Notes under the pieces: model-generated
What the model was told of the DNA's origin: nothing
Database searches by the model: none
What the model saw: only the letters and a program-made list of their open reading frames with translations
Source of the DNA: Lama guanicoe
Taxonomy: Eukaryota
Length of the DNA stretch: 64,000 nucleotides
Reading direction: 5' to 3'
Assembly: GCA_013239625.1 (NCBI GenBank)
Contig: MU054323.1
Coordinates: 13,003,950 to 13,067,949, forward strand
Made by a program: the position numbers and the translations under genes
Shown: positions 35,141 to 49,477 of the stretch, in pieces
Position numbering within the stretch: the stretch's first letter is position 1
Layout of the letters: every line of letters starts with the position of its first letter

Positions 35141-38100
35141 AGCCTATATACGTGCTCTGCCGGTGGACGTGAGAAGTGGGCTACTCAGAGCTGGGCCACC
35201 CCTGGGACACTTAGGGATTCCCTAGCAATGAGCCTAGGATGAGTGGGTGGAGGCTTGGTTGGACCTCTCCCTCCCACAGAGTCTGTGACTGTGGATTTAA
35301 TGTGGCTCCTTCCTTAATGCAGGTGGTGTGGATGCTCCAGGGAGTAGGAAATGTAGAGAACTGGCTTCAGGTGATTTTGGTTTTATCTCTGGCCACTCGG
35401 TGTGCTTTAAAGAGATTCTAGATTGGTGGATCTTAAATGTGATTGTGCAGCCGATCGCTGGGGAAGTTTGTTAAACTAACTTCTTGAGTCAGACTCTCCG
35501 GGGTGTTTACTTGATAAGCACCCCAGGTGATGGAGGTGGCCTACGTTTCGAGAAACAGTGATCCAGAAGGAGCCCTGTCCTGGTCAGTGTTTATGACCCT
35601 TTGTGTGGGAATCTGAAGGCCGAGCCCAGCATTTTGCAATTTTGAAACTTCTCAAGGTGGGAGGCCTTTGAAAACATTTCTTTAGCTCAGTTTTGAATAG
35701 TACGGACAAAAATGGCTGCATAGGGGGTTATTACACCCAGTTTTCCTTAGTTGAATGATAAATATATGTATTTTTATAAGAGTTGGAAATTTGCAAATTA
35801 TTATTGATACATAGTTGTTTTTTAAAAAGTTTAAACACTTTGGAACATTTTGGGTATTTTTTTCCAATATTTTATTTTTAATTATAAAATATTTTAGCTA
35901 CAGGAAAATGTGGAAAATAATATATCCAACAGCTACCCATCAGGATCATGTTTTTAAAAGTTCCCTGATATAATTAAGCCCAATGATTTATAGATAAGAG
36001 AAGGACTATGGTCTTATCTTGTTCTGACTGCACTTTTTACTAATGATATTTCCTGTCTTTCTAGGGGAGGGAAAATAGTACATAATTTGTTGATGTAACA
36101 CAAATTGGTTGTTTTGGTACTTATGGAAAAATACATGAGGGCTGTATTTGTGTATGCTCATGTGTGCCTGTGAATTTGCCTAGTGTATTATTAAGGATTG
36201 AACATTTCATGTAGGCACAGTCTGTTGGGTACAGAGAATCTTTGCACACAGTGTCATTTAGACCCAAGACAGTGTGCTTACAAGGAAATGCTGCCTGTTA
36301 CTCCCCTACTTTACCCACTTTTTTTTTTTTTTTACCTTCCTCCTCTTTCTTTCCTTATTGGCTCTCAGTTTTGCTTGCCCTGAACTAGAGTCAGTGTAGC
36401 TCCATGGTTAGAAGTTCAGTCTTTGGAGTTAGAATACAGGGTACCTACCTTGATGTTGACTCTGTCAACACTTCCTCACAACATAACCTTGGACTGTGAG
36501 AGCTGGGGCAAGGCTGAGTCACTGCATTCACAGCACAGGTACGTGATGATGGTCTGTACCACTGTGCAGAGGCTTGCTAGGGGACCACATGAAGTAATAC
36601 ACAAAAAGTGCTTGGAGAGCAGCTCCCCCGCCCCTCTTCCTGCCCCCGCACAGGAGTGTTTGACAGATATGAGCTCGCAGGGGTTCCTGCTTGCCTGCTT
36701 AGACCCGCCCCCTCCTGGGTGCCCTAGCCTTTTACACACCCCTCGTGGTGTTTCTGGGTTCCCCTGGTGAAAATCACGGCTCCCTCTTCCCCTCTCCCTG
36801 GTTCTCTGATTTCACTGTTAGCTCTGGGTATGGCTGGACCAGGTTGGAGAGGTATCTGCCCGCCCCCCCCATTAGTGAGCTCTGGAGAAGCAGGGTTTCT
36901 GTGTCGCTTTAAATACCCAGACCCTGTTCCTTGCCATAGTACAAATGCTACCTGAATCGAGTCAAGTTGAATCGAACCAGCATCAGTGTTGTAAATACTG
37001 TCCTCCAAATACTGCATAAAGAACTCTACTTCCTTTTTGGTTTCCTCTCACCTTCAGGCAATCATTCCCCTTCAGTTTTCTTTCCACTATTTTCCCTGTG
37101 TGCGTATCCCTTGCCCGACGGACACTGGGTATTATGACAGCTTTTCAGGGCACACCACCTTATTTTGTTTCCTCCTGCTTTCTCTCTGAAGGCTATCCTG
37201 GCATGGCTTAAACTTTAAGACAGCTTTTCCTTTCTCCCAGCCAATTTTAGAGTCTTTTTGCTCAACATCATCTGATAGAGATTTGGGACTAAGTAAAATG
37301 AATGTTGTATGATTTTCCCTGTAATTTTAGATCCCCAAATACTGCTCTTGGCCAACGACACTATTCCCTGTGGCTTTTCCACTCCACCACGCTTGAGTAA
37401 TATTGTTGGCACAGACATGAGTAAACAGTTTGCAAAATGTTGTGTTTTGTAAATTAGGAGATGGATGGGCTGGTTTTTGAACACATGCTCTCCATTCTGC
37501 TGGACCAGAGGAAGGATGAGTTTGGTCAGTGGGTGGGAAGATAAATTGGAGGAAGGTGTTTTTAACTTAAGTTGATGTGGTCAACTTTACTGATCATTTA
37601 TTCAAAGATGAGAACTAAATGTTTGGAGGAGAACCTTCGGAGATATTTTGGTAATGAATTAAGGGGGAATCTTCACAGGGGAAATAAGATGTAACCCGTA
37701 AAAAGCCACTAGAGGAAATAGGATAATAAAATAAGGAACATACAATAATAAGGATCTTTTGTCTTTGTAGACCTAAAAATGTTTGTATTTCTTATAGGAT
37801 TATCAAGCAGTTCCAATCTTACTTTCAATCTTGCAGGTACTACTTCATTTTATTATTGTTCTTACAAAGTGAAAATAGAATCTCCATCCTTTCACCCATG
37901 TGTATTTTGTCTTAACACCCTATCAAGTGGATTGTTAACAATTAGCATCTTCAAAACAGTTCATTGTAAAAGCTACTTAAATCAGTTAAGACATACCACC
38001 TCACCTTGATGGATCATGTACTACATTGGTTCAAGAGTTGGGGCACTTCTGCCTCCGCCAGTAGCTGTGAAGGTTCAAGCAGATCAGTTACTTAAGTTCT

Positions 38101-38269
38101 CTGAGGTTTTTTTCAGCCTGAATGAAATGAATGGGGAGAGGGCCGTTCATCATCCAGCCTGATTCAGGTCATTCTTGTGACTGTCAGGCATGCAGATCCT
38201 CTTCTGTCTTAACATTTCCCACATTGTGTCACAGTCGTGCGTGTGTCCACATGTGCGTGCTTCCCAGCT

Positions 38270-38720
38270 TGAATGTGAGCTCTGTCTGTGAGGGCAGGGA
38301 CTGCACCACAGCCGTCTTTCTATCTCAGTACCTAGTAAGCACGTGGACTTTTATGGAAGGAAGGAAGGAATGATTGAATGAATGAATGGATTCATTTGTT
38401 GCACTTTCACCGAGCCCCTGTGTGCTAGGTACTGGCGCACAGTGGGTGTTAAGTACTATGAAGAAAATAACATAGGATGATAGGCTAGAGGGTGGTGGCT
38501 GGAGGAGGGGGCGTAGTAAGGACAGGGCTCTGTAAGGAAGTGACTTATGAGAGCTGTGATATGAAAGGGTCTGGAGGAAGAGCCTTTTAGGCCAAGAGAA
38601 CAGCACAGAGGCCCGGGAGTGGGAACAGGCCTGGCCCTGTGCAGGGACTCAGAAGTGAGTTTTGCTAGGTTGTCAGTGAGGTCTAGAGTAATAGGTGATC
38701 AGGGAGACAGGGCTGGCTCC
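38270..38720. mobile_element. Tail-to-tail L2 3' ends
   Basis: 'tgagggcagggact' ... (gaat)n, followed by an antisense 'ttcatttg..gcac....gagcccctgtgtgctaggtact'. Confidence 0.65.
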
Positions 38721-40396
38721 CCAGTCAGGTTTTGTAGACTGTGAAAGGCCATAAATAGGGGACTTATAAATGCAAGTGGATTTTATTAATAAGGAATAAA
38801 CATAATATGGCATTTGGTATTTTCCAGCACTTCTTTGAAAGGCATGGAAAAGAATGTTTCAAATCGAAAATTCAGTCTCCTTTATTGCTACTTTTTATTG
38901 ATGAGAAAAACTGCATATAGAACAGTGAAGTACCCAAGACCACACACAAATTATTGTCGTAGCCCCGCTGCCTGCATTGGACCCAGCTGGCCAGACCAGC
39001 CCCATGCGGATTGGGCCTCCATGCCTCTGCTGAGCTGTGGCAGGAGCTGCACTGTCGCCGGAGCCACGAGGCCCGGACATAGGATGAGAGTTGGAGGGTC
39101 AGAAAAAGAAAAGGCTGTGGCTGCTGCTGTGTTAAAAGGCAAATTAGGGGGGGATCTTCACATGGTGCTAAATAAAAAATAAAAGGTTAGACCCTTGAAA
39201 AAACTTTAAAGATAAAAATCCCAATCTGGCAATGGTAGAATGTTCACAGAGCACGGTTAGCATGTGTTAAAGTAAGAGTGTACATTTTTTGGAGTACATT
39301 TGAATGCTGTTTGGAGGTTTTTTTCAGTGCTTCCCCCCACCCCATCTTACAAACTGTGGGATGAGTCTGAGGTAGGTGCCAAGGCAGCCTCTGCTGGGCG
39401 ATTCTGTTTGTAAGTGGGGTTGATAACACCCATTGGCTACACCTCCCACTTGGTTGGTAGTAAAGATAATAAAGTGAGGTTATGAACTTGCTTCACCAAA
39501 GAGCCCTATAAACCCAGGATGATATTATTAATGAAGTTTTTCTGCTGTTTTGTGAAAAGTTTTCAATTGTTGGTGAAAATTTTTTTCTATAATGTGTTGG
39601 TATATTTCTCGTCTTGAAAATTAGAGTGCTTAATGTACTTCAGTGGGTTTTGGAGGATCACAGATCTTATGTGTCATGTCTTAATATTGATCATCCTGTT
39701 TACCGATGGTTTATGGTATCCGGGGGCATCTCCTGGAAGTTAGTTTGAAAATAAGCAAAAATACTTAAATCTTCACCTTAATTCCCCGCTCCCACACACA
39801 AGTGATTTGCCTTATTTTCCTTAAAGTAGAGCGCAGAGATAAGAATCCTTCTTTCGAGCAAGCTTAATTTCTTTCTTCTTTTAATAGGGAAAAGGTTATG
39901 TTTTTAGTCCAAAATTGGAGGTGAGATAATACAGATGATCAGTTAAAATAAAGGCAGGGACCCTGTTTTTGTTGTAAACTTTTTATCCAGTGGGAAGTTG
40001 GCCTACGTGGTGGTTCTGCGTGTACAGTAGACCCTCAGGAAGGTTGCTTGATTAGTAAGTTTTCCATTTTCGTAGGAGATTGATGCTTGAACACTACTGG
40101 GGGTTTTGATGGACTTCTTAATGATGTCTTTATATTTTTCTGTAGTTTATAGTGGTGGTTGAAAGGGGTCATGCTTGTTTCTGAGGGGAAGACCAGCTGA
40201 AATTCATTTAACCCAGTGGACCCTAAGATTATGTCGGTAAGCGGTTCCTTTTGTTATGAGGGACTGTCTGCTACAGCAAACCTCCTGGGTGACGGTTTTT
40301 TATGCTCAGTGTTGAGTGTTAGAGGCTGTTTCGCTGGTAAAATTGCCCCATTCCTTCCTATAATAACAGACTGCTTAAGTGGTACTTCACAGACCT

Positions 40397-40573
40397 GGTG
40401 GTTCTCAAAACATGGTCTCTGGACAGCAGCATCACCAAGGAACTTGTTAGAAATGCAGATTCTCAGGCCCCACCTGGACTCACTGAATCAGAAACTCTGA
40501 GGCTGGGGCCCAGCACTCTGTTTTAACGCTGCTTCCAGGGGGTACAGATACAGCTGTGGTTTGAGAACCACTG
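40397..40573. mobile_element. MER5A hAT-Charlie MITE
   Basis: Inverted termini ggtggttctcaaa / tttgagaaccactg and the core 'gaacttgttagaaatgcagattctcaggcccca'. Confidence 0.9.
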
Positions 40574-42196
40574 CTCTTGCTGAACTCATCTCCTTTCCTT
40601 TTGACGCCCCCTGCCCCTTCTGTTGATCACCCATGGGGGAAGGAAATCCGCTCCTTTGGACTCCAGGCCTTGGAAACTAGAAGCTTATGTTTTCTCCCCC
40701 TTCCCCATGGAATGGAGCCGTTCCCCCATCTCAGATGGGAACGCTGGGATCTGATCAGGTGCAGTCATGCACGCTGACACCCAGGCTGATGTGTGCAGTC
40801 ACTGAGGAGACCTGGAGAAGCCGTTTTGCCGTCTAGTGAATGGGAGTTTTGTGCCTTAGGGCCTTCCAGGTTGTACTGTATTCTTTACGGTGGACGATGC
40901 TGAAATCACACATCTTCATATTCTTCAAAGTAACATCTATCTACTTTGTGTGGTGCTTGGACCCCCCTCTGCACCGCAGCCCCCCATGGGATGTGTAAGA
41001 AATGCAGATTGTGGGACCTCACCCAAGAACTGCCACACTGAAACTGGAGGGGGGGCCCATGACCGTCGTTTTCACAAGCACCCAGCTGACTGATCCACAC
41101 CAAAGCTCGAGGACCCTGGGTTTAAAGTGGGTGCGCTGGAATCAAAGATGTCAAAGGCAAGGAATGATGAGAAAGTTATTACAAAATTAATAAAAGGAAT
41201 AAGAGTGAATGTGACATCTCGCTGGGGGGGCATGTGCCATTACTCATTTCCCAGATAGTTTAAAAGTGAGATGAAGAGCAAGCTCTGGTCCAGAACATGC
41301 CCTCAGCGTTGGAAGGAACGAAGCTTTCTTGTGTGTAAATGAGGACTTTCAGATGGAGAAGGGACAAGGCAGCGCTGCTTGGCCGTTCCTTGGGGTCCTG
41401 CTGACTCATTCCTGGAAGTTGCTGGAGGAATGCATCAGATCTTTGGAAACAGCCCAGTTAAGAATTTCAGCAATGACACACACTTTTATGAGATGTGTAT
41501 TTAGCAAAGAAATTGCCGATTGTAAGGCTAGGAGCCTTTGTAGAAAGTGCTGAAGGAGTTGTTTTGCTCGATGTGTAAAATAGGGAGTGTTTTCCCCATC
41601 ACACATCTTTTTTTCCCTTTCTACAGAATAAATGAGTGCAAAAACACTTTACCTGAGTATTGAAGAAAAATTAGGTCTGTAAAAAATACCTGCTTTTTCT
41701 CCAAGTAGAAATTTGGGGGGGGCGGAGCTTATTTGGATCATCAGTTATGTAGTAAGACATACCTAGGGAAAAGTAAATATTTTTTCTTTTCTTCCCAATG
41801 CGAGCATGTAGTTATTTCCAAATACCTGGATGTTACTTTTGATGACTCATCCAAATGTTTAAATATCATGTAGGCAAGGCCACAACTAGAAAACGGTGTT
41901 AAAATTTTGAGGAGTGGCTTAAAAATAATAGATTTAAAAAAATTAGCTCTCACTCCTTTGGTCTTAGTATGGGTAACCACCTCCACCTTCTTTTTCTATA
42001 ACAACTATTATCGTTTTTATAGCTGAGCTATCTCTGTATGTCCTTAGAGGACTATATTTTATGTTTTAATTTACTAACTTTTTATGAAGTGCCTACTATA
42101 TAGAAGGCATTGTGCTGTGGGCTAAGAAGACAGTTAAGACCCTGCTTGGTGGTGCTGACAGTCCAGTGGAAAGACCAAGATGGCCATAACACGAGG

Positions 42197-42755
42197 AGTG
42201 TGGCAGATGCACTCTAAGGTAACCCCAGTGGGTCACACCCTTGTGTAATTCCCTTTTCTTGAGTGTGGGAAGAACCTGTGACTTGCTTCTAATCAGCAGA
42301 ATATGCCGAAGGTGCTGGAATGTCACTTCCTTGATGATGTTATGATATATACAACTCCATCGTAGCTGACTAGGGTGAGAGACTTCTTGCTGGCTTGGAG
42401 AAAGTAATCTGCCCTGTTGGACTTGTGGCTTGTGCATGCAGAGGGCCATGTGGCAGGAAACTGTGGGCTGCCTCTAGCTGGGAGCCAGCATGGAGCTGGG
42501 GCCCTCAGTCCAACAGCCACAAGGAAATGAAGTCTCTCAACAACCTGAATGATCTTGGAAGTAAATTCCTCCCCACTTGAGCCTCAGATGAGACTGCAGC
42601 CCTGCCAACACCTTGGTTATAGCCTTGTGAGACCCTCAAGCAAGGACCCAATTAATCTGTGCCCAGACTGTTGACTCATAGAAACTGTGAGATCATAACT
42701 GTGTGTTCTAAGCCATTGACATGGTGATAATTTGTTAGATATCAATAGGAAATTG
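42197..42755. mobile_element. MLT1F/G-like MaLR LTR
   Basis: 'cttgagtgtggg..gaacctgtgacttgcttctaa', 'gagcctcagatgagactgcagccct', 'gaaactgtgagat'. Confidence 0.85.
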
Positions 42756-45692
42756 ATGTAAGGAAGAATGTGCAGATGCCAGAAGAGCAGCCCAGAGCCA
42801 AGGCTCATTCACCCGTGTAACAAGCACCTAGTGAACGCAGTCTGCGCGTCAGCCCCTTGCCCAACACTGGAGATGCAAATATGGATAAAGCGTGGTTGTG
42901 TCTTCAGGTAGCTCCCAGCCTGCAGGAGTGGGGCTTTGAAGGAAGGGTGTTGCTCTCCCTTGGGAGAGTATTAGCGTAGGAATTGTTTGAAGTGGCTGTT
43001 GAGGATAGGGAGAATTTGGACTTGGGGGGTCTCTTTGGTGGGAATACTCTTTATTCATGGATGGTGCTGACCTGATAGTTTGGCTGGAAAAGGTGTTTTC
43101 CAGTTTGGAGGGTTTGGATTTGCTTTAACCACAAGTCTTTATTGAAGAGGAGGAATACCATTGCAGTGGAATAATAAGGCACCATCGCAGATTCCTGTGG
43201 TAAGTTCCATGGCCAAAGTGGACAGCATTACATTTTATTTTAAGAACAATAAATTATGAATCACAGGGCCTCGGAAGCATCCTCTGATAATCCTTCCCTT
43301 TCATTTAAGTCCTATATTGGATCACTGAATCAAAAAACCAGATTGTCAGAGAGTCCTGAATAGTTTTCTTCTAAGCCATTTACTTTACAATGTTTTTTTC
43401 TTATTGAGAGGGATTTGGGGATAATGAAGACAACAGTTTACATTTGTTATGTTTTTAGGTTTTAACCAGGGGCACTCGAGAGGTCCTCTAAGGACTCTTT
43501 CCACGGATGCTGTTTACAGACGGTATCTACCATGTTGCAAGGTGGTGTCAGTGACAGGGTGGCCTCACCCACAGCTCTGAGTTGCTACGTATGTTAGTCC
43601 AAAGAGGATCAGTGCTTATCTTCTGTCCAACGTGTACCTGGACAAGCACAAGACTGTCTGCTTCTGCTTTATTGCAAGTGATCATCCCACTCTGCCACTG
43701 ATATCACATGTGTTTTTGGCCAAGTCTCTTTTTTTGGATCTGAATACATTTCAGGTTCCCCTTTGATCTCTCCTGACATTTTTCATCACTCAGCTGGTGG
43801 TAGAACGCATGGCTTTGAAGGGCGTCTCTGATCTTGTGATCTTGTGGAATCTCCTTTGCTGATGGCTTTTCAAAACAGGAGAGCAGTTTCTCAGCTGCAC
43901 CTGTGGAGTGGGCTTGGCTTGTGGGCCTGTGGGACTGGGATGGGAGAATGGAAGGGGTCTTTTGGGGTCATGTTTTCATGTTTTCTCAACCTCTTATTTG
44001 CAGAGGAGGGGAGTAAGGGCCAAGGGCAGAGAAGTGACTTCCCCAGGCCTTGTGGCTTCTGATGACTTCTCTCTACAAAAAGGCAGTATTAAAAAAACAA
44101 ACAAACCCTATTATTCCCTAGAGTTTGATAATAACCTGTAAGACACATTTTAGACTTACTTGAAAGAAAAGCCTTAAGTAAATGTTAACTATAATTAGTC
44201 ATGTGTTTTGGATAAGATCTCTCACTTTAATTTTGTTGAATTAGCATGGATGTAAGTGTTAGTATGAAAACATAGAAAGGCAAAGCTGTTTTCGAGCTGG
44301 AACTCCAGAGCGCCTCCTACTTTTGTACGAATGGTGTCCTCAAAGGATCTTCATAAGCTGGGGTTTCTAATGCGGGTCTTCCATTTCCAAGTGACACTGG
44401 GTACGCACTGAGGCCTTGCTGGACCAGGCACTGTGCTGACTGCTCCACAGGGATTCCTTCCGGGAAGACGCACAAGCCTGTGTTGAGCTACCGTCTTAAC
44501 ACCTACTTTGCAGATGAAAGAGCTGAGGTTTGGGAGGGTTAAATTCTCACAGCAGGTTTCAGATCCAGATCTAGTTCCTTTTCTTCTCTGCGCCCCACTG
44601 CTTCATAGGAGAACTCGGTCCAGGGGCCACGGGTGGTGCTTGGCCTAGTTGAGAGCCCAGCTACCGTGCCTGGAGATGTGTCTATGGGAAAGGGAGCTTC
44701 AAGTCCTCTCTTGGAGTTGCGGGATTGTGTGTCCTTCCACCCTCATGGAATTGAGTGAAACGTCCTTCTGTTAACCAGACAGGTATCGTCCTCAGAAACA
44801 AAGAAGACCCTTTCCCTTGGAGCTGGCGTTATAGTTTGGGGTTAAATACCCTTGGGGACCCCTCTTCTCCTCTGGGCTCCAGGCCCCTGTGGGATGGCAG
44901 GGGTCTTGCTGGAGGGTCTGGAGATGTTGAGGGTTGAGAATGGGGACATTCAGGGGTGGATGGCATCCTGTGTGACCCTCTGGGGGTACTTCTTGGTTTC
45001 TTCTGGAAACCTTAGGGAAGACCTGAGTGTTGTCTCTTCCACTCCTTCCCTATCTGGCTTCTTTCCCCTTCCACACCTTTAAGCTTCTCTGCCTTTCTGT
45101 TCCTGAAGGAGGGTCACAGATAATTTGAAGCTTTCTAAAGGTGTTTTCTGCTGTCAGTTGCAGGTGCCAGAAGGTTCCTTTAATCTTTCCTGTGCCTAAA
45201 TGCATAGTAGATACTCACAAAGAATATTTCTGAGTGAATGAATGCATGCATGCATCTTTCGCATCTTTCTGACCCTGTTGGCACAATTGGGTCTTATAAA
45301 CATAGAAGATTGAATTTGATTCATCCGTGTTTCTGAGGGAAGTGTAGACTCTCCGCAGCCTGGGCAGGGGATCAGGTAGGACTTTAAGGATGATGTTGGT
45401 GAGGATGTGAAGTGACTGGAGGATCACGCAGAGGCAGCTCGAGCTGGGTGGAGCGGGTGTCTGCAGGGTAGGGTGGGAGAGGGGTGGACCCTGAGGCTGA
45501 GCTAAGCAGGACCTGTGGTTGTAAGTGGAAAATACACAGACTAAAGGAAAAGAGGCTGTTTAAGGCCAGAGAACTGGAAGACATAAGGGTGAAGCTGGCT
45601 TTAGGTCTCGCTGCATCTAGGGGTTTGAAGTGGTCTTATCACAACCAACTTGGCTACACCATCTGCATACTCAGTACAAAATGAAAATATGG

Positions 45693-45744
45693 GAACTATT
45701 GTTAAAAAACATTTACCTGAACCGTTGTTAAAAAACATTTACCT
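45693..45744 (+). repeat. 26-bp tandem duplication (2 mismatches)
   Basis: gaactattgttaaaaaacatttacct / gaaccgttgttaaaaaacatttacct. Confidence 0.95.
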
Positions 45745-46970
45745 AGAAGTAGGTTAAGTGTTAGCTATTGTTAATTTCTGAGCAAGAATAATACCCAAGT
45801 GTAGGTTCTGCATTTTACCATTTTGGGAGCTGCTTTCTTGATCTAATGCTTACTGTGCCCGCCGACATTCTGTGCATTCGCGGTTTGCACAGGTCTCTGG
45901 CCAGTTAGCTCCCAGTCTCTCGTGTCTCCTGGGTATTGCCATGACCTCTGGGTGTTCTGCCAGCCTGGAGGGCTCCTAGAGCTCACATTTAGTTTTCAGA
46001 TTTCAACCTGGTGATGGCTGTTTATGTCAGATCTCATTGAGATAAAGTATCGGGGAGGTAAACATTTCAATTTTTTAATGTGATTTTAGTTTCAGTAACT
46101 TTTCCATAAAGTTCTAATGGGAGTTCCACTTTAAAAATTTCAATTAGAAACACATGGAGTGAGTTTCCCAACGCTGAACACTGTTGGTTTGGAGTCATAT
46201 TATTCTTTACTATTTGCTTATATTGTTTACATGAAGACTGGTGTCTGGGTCACTAACCACATTTTCATGAATTTGGATGCTTTTCATCTAGGTTTCTTGA
46301 ATGCCCTCTTTGATGACTGTTTTATAAACTGCTAAACAAATGAACGTGTGTGTGGGAGTCATCTTCGGATTACTTGGTCTGATTCATAGCGCAGCACTGC
46401 AGAGCAGCTGTGTGGGGAAACGTCGTAAGTTTCATTAGTCATTTTTATGACTCAGTTTGGTATTAGGATTCTACCTGTCTGCACAGCATTTTCATCTGAG
46501 ACAAAATAGCTAAGCTTTTGGGTGCCACGTAAAGAAAGGTGCATGTCAGAGGTTTCCACCAAGAGCTTAGTCACCTCTCTAACTGCGTAAGGCTGTCGAG
46601 GGCCATCCTTTCTCTTGGGGAGCGTTGGCATTTGTTCATCACTCACGGTGGACAGTTCATCTCTCACAGATAAACAGTTTACTTTCAAAGACTATAATAG
46701 CTACTACCCCTGGCTCCAAGGAGGATTACGCAGTTAATAAAGATAGCTGTAGCAGAGTTTTGAAAGTGTGATGACAAAATCTTGACTTGAGAAGAAGGGA
46801 GTGCTTATTTTCTTTTGCTTAAATTTGTTACTCACTTTGCTTTTTGTCTCCCATCACAGAACTTGTTGCTAAAAGTTGCAAAACAAAATATGATCTCATA
46901 TTAGCTTATCTTTCCTTTTAAATATTTGCCCACATAAATACCTGTAACTACAGAGCATTTAAGCCAATAC

Positions 46971-47047
46971 TTTTTTTTTTTTTCCGGGAAACGAACCCTG
47001 GTCTCCCGTGTGACAGGCAGGGAAACTCACCTCTATACAAACAAGGA
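46971..47047 (-). pseudogene. tRNA-Asp(GTC) retropseudogene, 3'-truncated, with A13 tail
   Basis: The minus strand reads TCCTTGTTTGTATAGAGGTGAGTTTCCCTGCCTGTCACACGGGAGACCAGGGTTCGTTTCCCGG followed by poly(A). This matches tRNA-Asp up to the T-arm; the 3' acceptor strand is missing. Confidence 0.88.
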
Positions 47048-49379
47048 AGCCAGGACGTTTCTAAATGAATGTCCGGTGTCCAGAATTGCATTAATCATAC
47101 TTTCTGATTCATCATCCACTATCATCATTACCTGCAAACGAACTTTCGTGATTCTAATGATTTGGATATATTTCTCGGCTCATAGTTGTAAATTTAACTT
47201 TTTGCTAAAGTTTCCAAAATAATAACCACTTAAAGTGTCTAAATGTTCAGCTGGCTTTTGGTGGCTTTGGAAAATGTTTGAAAGTCACACGTAGACTTTC
47301 ATGATAAAAATAAGGTTTTGGGATCAGTGGATGACCTCACCGACTGCTTTAACTTTTTATTGTTGCACTACTTCAGGGTTAAGTGATACATTGATGCTTG
47401 GCTAAGTGACATGGAGTAGGGCTTCAGGGAACTTGTTTCAGTTAACATGACAGAACATGCCTATCCTCTTCCGTGGGTGTCCTGACAGTGGGAAGGGGGC
47501 GGCTGGAATCCTATTTGGAAATGATCTAGGAACTCAGACATCTAACCTAGCTACCCCATGCCTACTCCCGCCCAGGAGTCCTTCAGGCACCTCTGCCACA
47601 GGACGCTTAGTCTGTCCTGGAGTCATTCTAGAGACAGGGAGCTCACTCCTTCATGACCAACCCTTTTCTTAAAATAGACAATTTGCTGTGAAAAAAATAA
47701 GTTGATTCTGTAGAGCTTAAATATGCTGCTTTATAACTTCCATTCATTTGCTAGTATCATTCGCCTCTACTCGTAGATGACAAAAAGAGTCCTCACGTAC
47801 GTGAGGAATCCTTTAAAATATTGGTAGGGGTAGGATGATGGCATGTAATTTCCGAGTCTTATGTTTTTCAGCACCTTCTCCTTGGTAGGGTCTTACAGCG
47901 TCTGCTCAATTCAGCAGGTGTCTGTTGAGGATCAGTTACGTAGGAGGCGCTCTCAGTGCCAGGGTGGGAGATGTGGGGACACCAAGATGAGTTGGTTTCT
48001 GCCACCCAAGAGTATGCTGCTGTGTGAAACAGATTAGAAAAGCACACAGATTGGTATAAGAGGGAAACCAAGTGCCGTGGGGTTCAAAGGAGAGAGGTCT
48101 GTGTCAAACTCGGCTGCGTTAGAGAACTTCCAGAGCAACACGCGGATGGAGTTGAGTTGGGTGAGCTGAGCCCGGGGGTGGGAAGCATGAGTTGTGTCCA
48201 TAAGGTGTGGGTGTGCTCAGCTTATAGGACGCTTCTGGAGGAAGGGAAGGTGATAAAGACTGTGTGGTAGGCTGAGCCAAGAGCTCCTAGAGGCTGGCTT
48301 CCCCATGTCAGTTATCTGTCCAGCAGCACTGCGGTCCCACTGGACTGGAATCCAGGTGTTGTCATGGAGCCTCAGCTTCCTGGTCCAAAACTGGAGATGT
48401 GCACATCGGGAGGATTGCAGGCCAGGTAACTGAGGAAGCTGGCCCTCTGCCTGGAGCCAAGGCTTGATGAATGGCAGCTGTTAGGATTTATGCATTCGAT
48501 AGGCTTAGAGGAGCCGGCAGGGGCAGATCCTTCTTCGGGGTGCAGGGCGATTTGTAGAGGAAGACACACTGCTTCAGAGGCGGTGCTCCAGGGAAGAAAG
48601 GGCGTGAGGGAAACGACAGTGGTCGTGGGGAATGGAAAAGAGGATGTAGGGATGCCATCCAGGAGGTAGAGTCAGGTTTAATGTTTGGGGCAGGGGGAAG
48701 AGGGGAGAGAGGGCAACAACTCAGGTCTTTGTGGGAAAGGAGGGAAGGCAGGAGGGGGTCCAGTGCTGGATGTGTTGAGGTGGAGGAGCTGGGTGGCCCT
48801 CCAGGGAGAGGGGGAGGCAGGCTGTGGAGGTGGGAAGGTCCCGGCACCCAAAGGAGTGTGCAGGGCACGCAGTGGGAGTCCTGAATGCGCTGGGCGTGCA
48901 GTCCAGCCTTTGATGTGTTGCAGGAGGAGCCAGAACCAAAAACAGGCTCATTTAAAAGTAAAGAAAGGAATGAATTCAAGAGATGCAGTGAAAGGAAAAT
49001 TAGCGGAGACAGCCTGACGAATGATTGCCGGTGTCTTAGAGTCTCAGGGAGAAAACCCAGCACAGTCACCGCATTGTTTTTACACACATACACACGCAAA
49101 CTCGCACTCACACTCGTATATACAAGTACAAACCAAACACCATCTATTATTTAGGTCTGTTAGTTTCCTTAGAAAAACTCTTCAGGAAATCCTCTGCTCA
49201 CCCAGAGAATGTGTCTATATTTAGACGACTTTTAGAGAAAGCCTGTCGTTAAATTTCAGCATACAGGCTGATCACTAAGAGACTGCAGGAGTGTCAGTCA
49301 ACCGTCTGTGCTGAGCAGGCAGTGGGAAGAGGGCTGCCTTTTTTGTTCAGTTGAAGATGATGAGGTGAAAACACAAGCC

Positions 49380-49477
49380 AGTCCTTTGTGAGCACCTCGT
49401 CCTGGCACTGTGACCCCAGGGAACTCAAGTCCTTTGTGAGCACCTCGTCCTGGCACTGTGACCCCAGGGAACTCAAG
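49380..49477 (+). repeat. Perfect 48-bp tandem duplication
   Basis: agtcctttgtgagcacctcgtcctggcactgtgaccccagggaactca x2 (49380-49427, 49428-49475), followed by 'ag'. Confidence 0.98.

Noticed and set aside
48488..49111. 207-aa - strand ORF
   Set aside because: Pro/Ser/Leu-rich translation of a purine-biased intronic stretch, with no recognisable domain or splice support.
49380..49477. CRISPR-like repeat
   Set aside because: Only two abutting copies with no spacers, in a mammalian intron.
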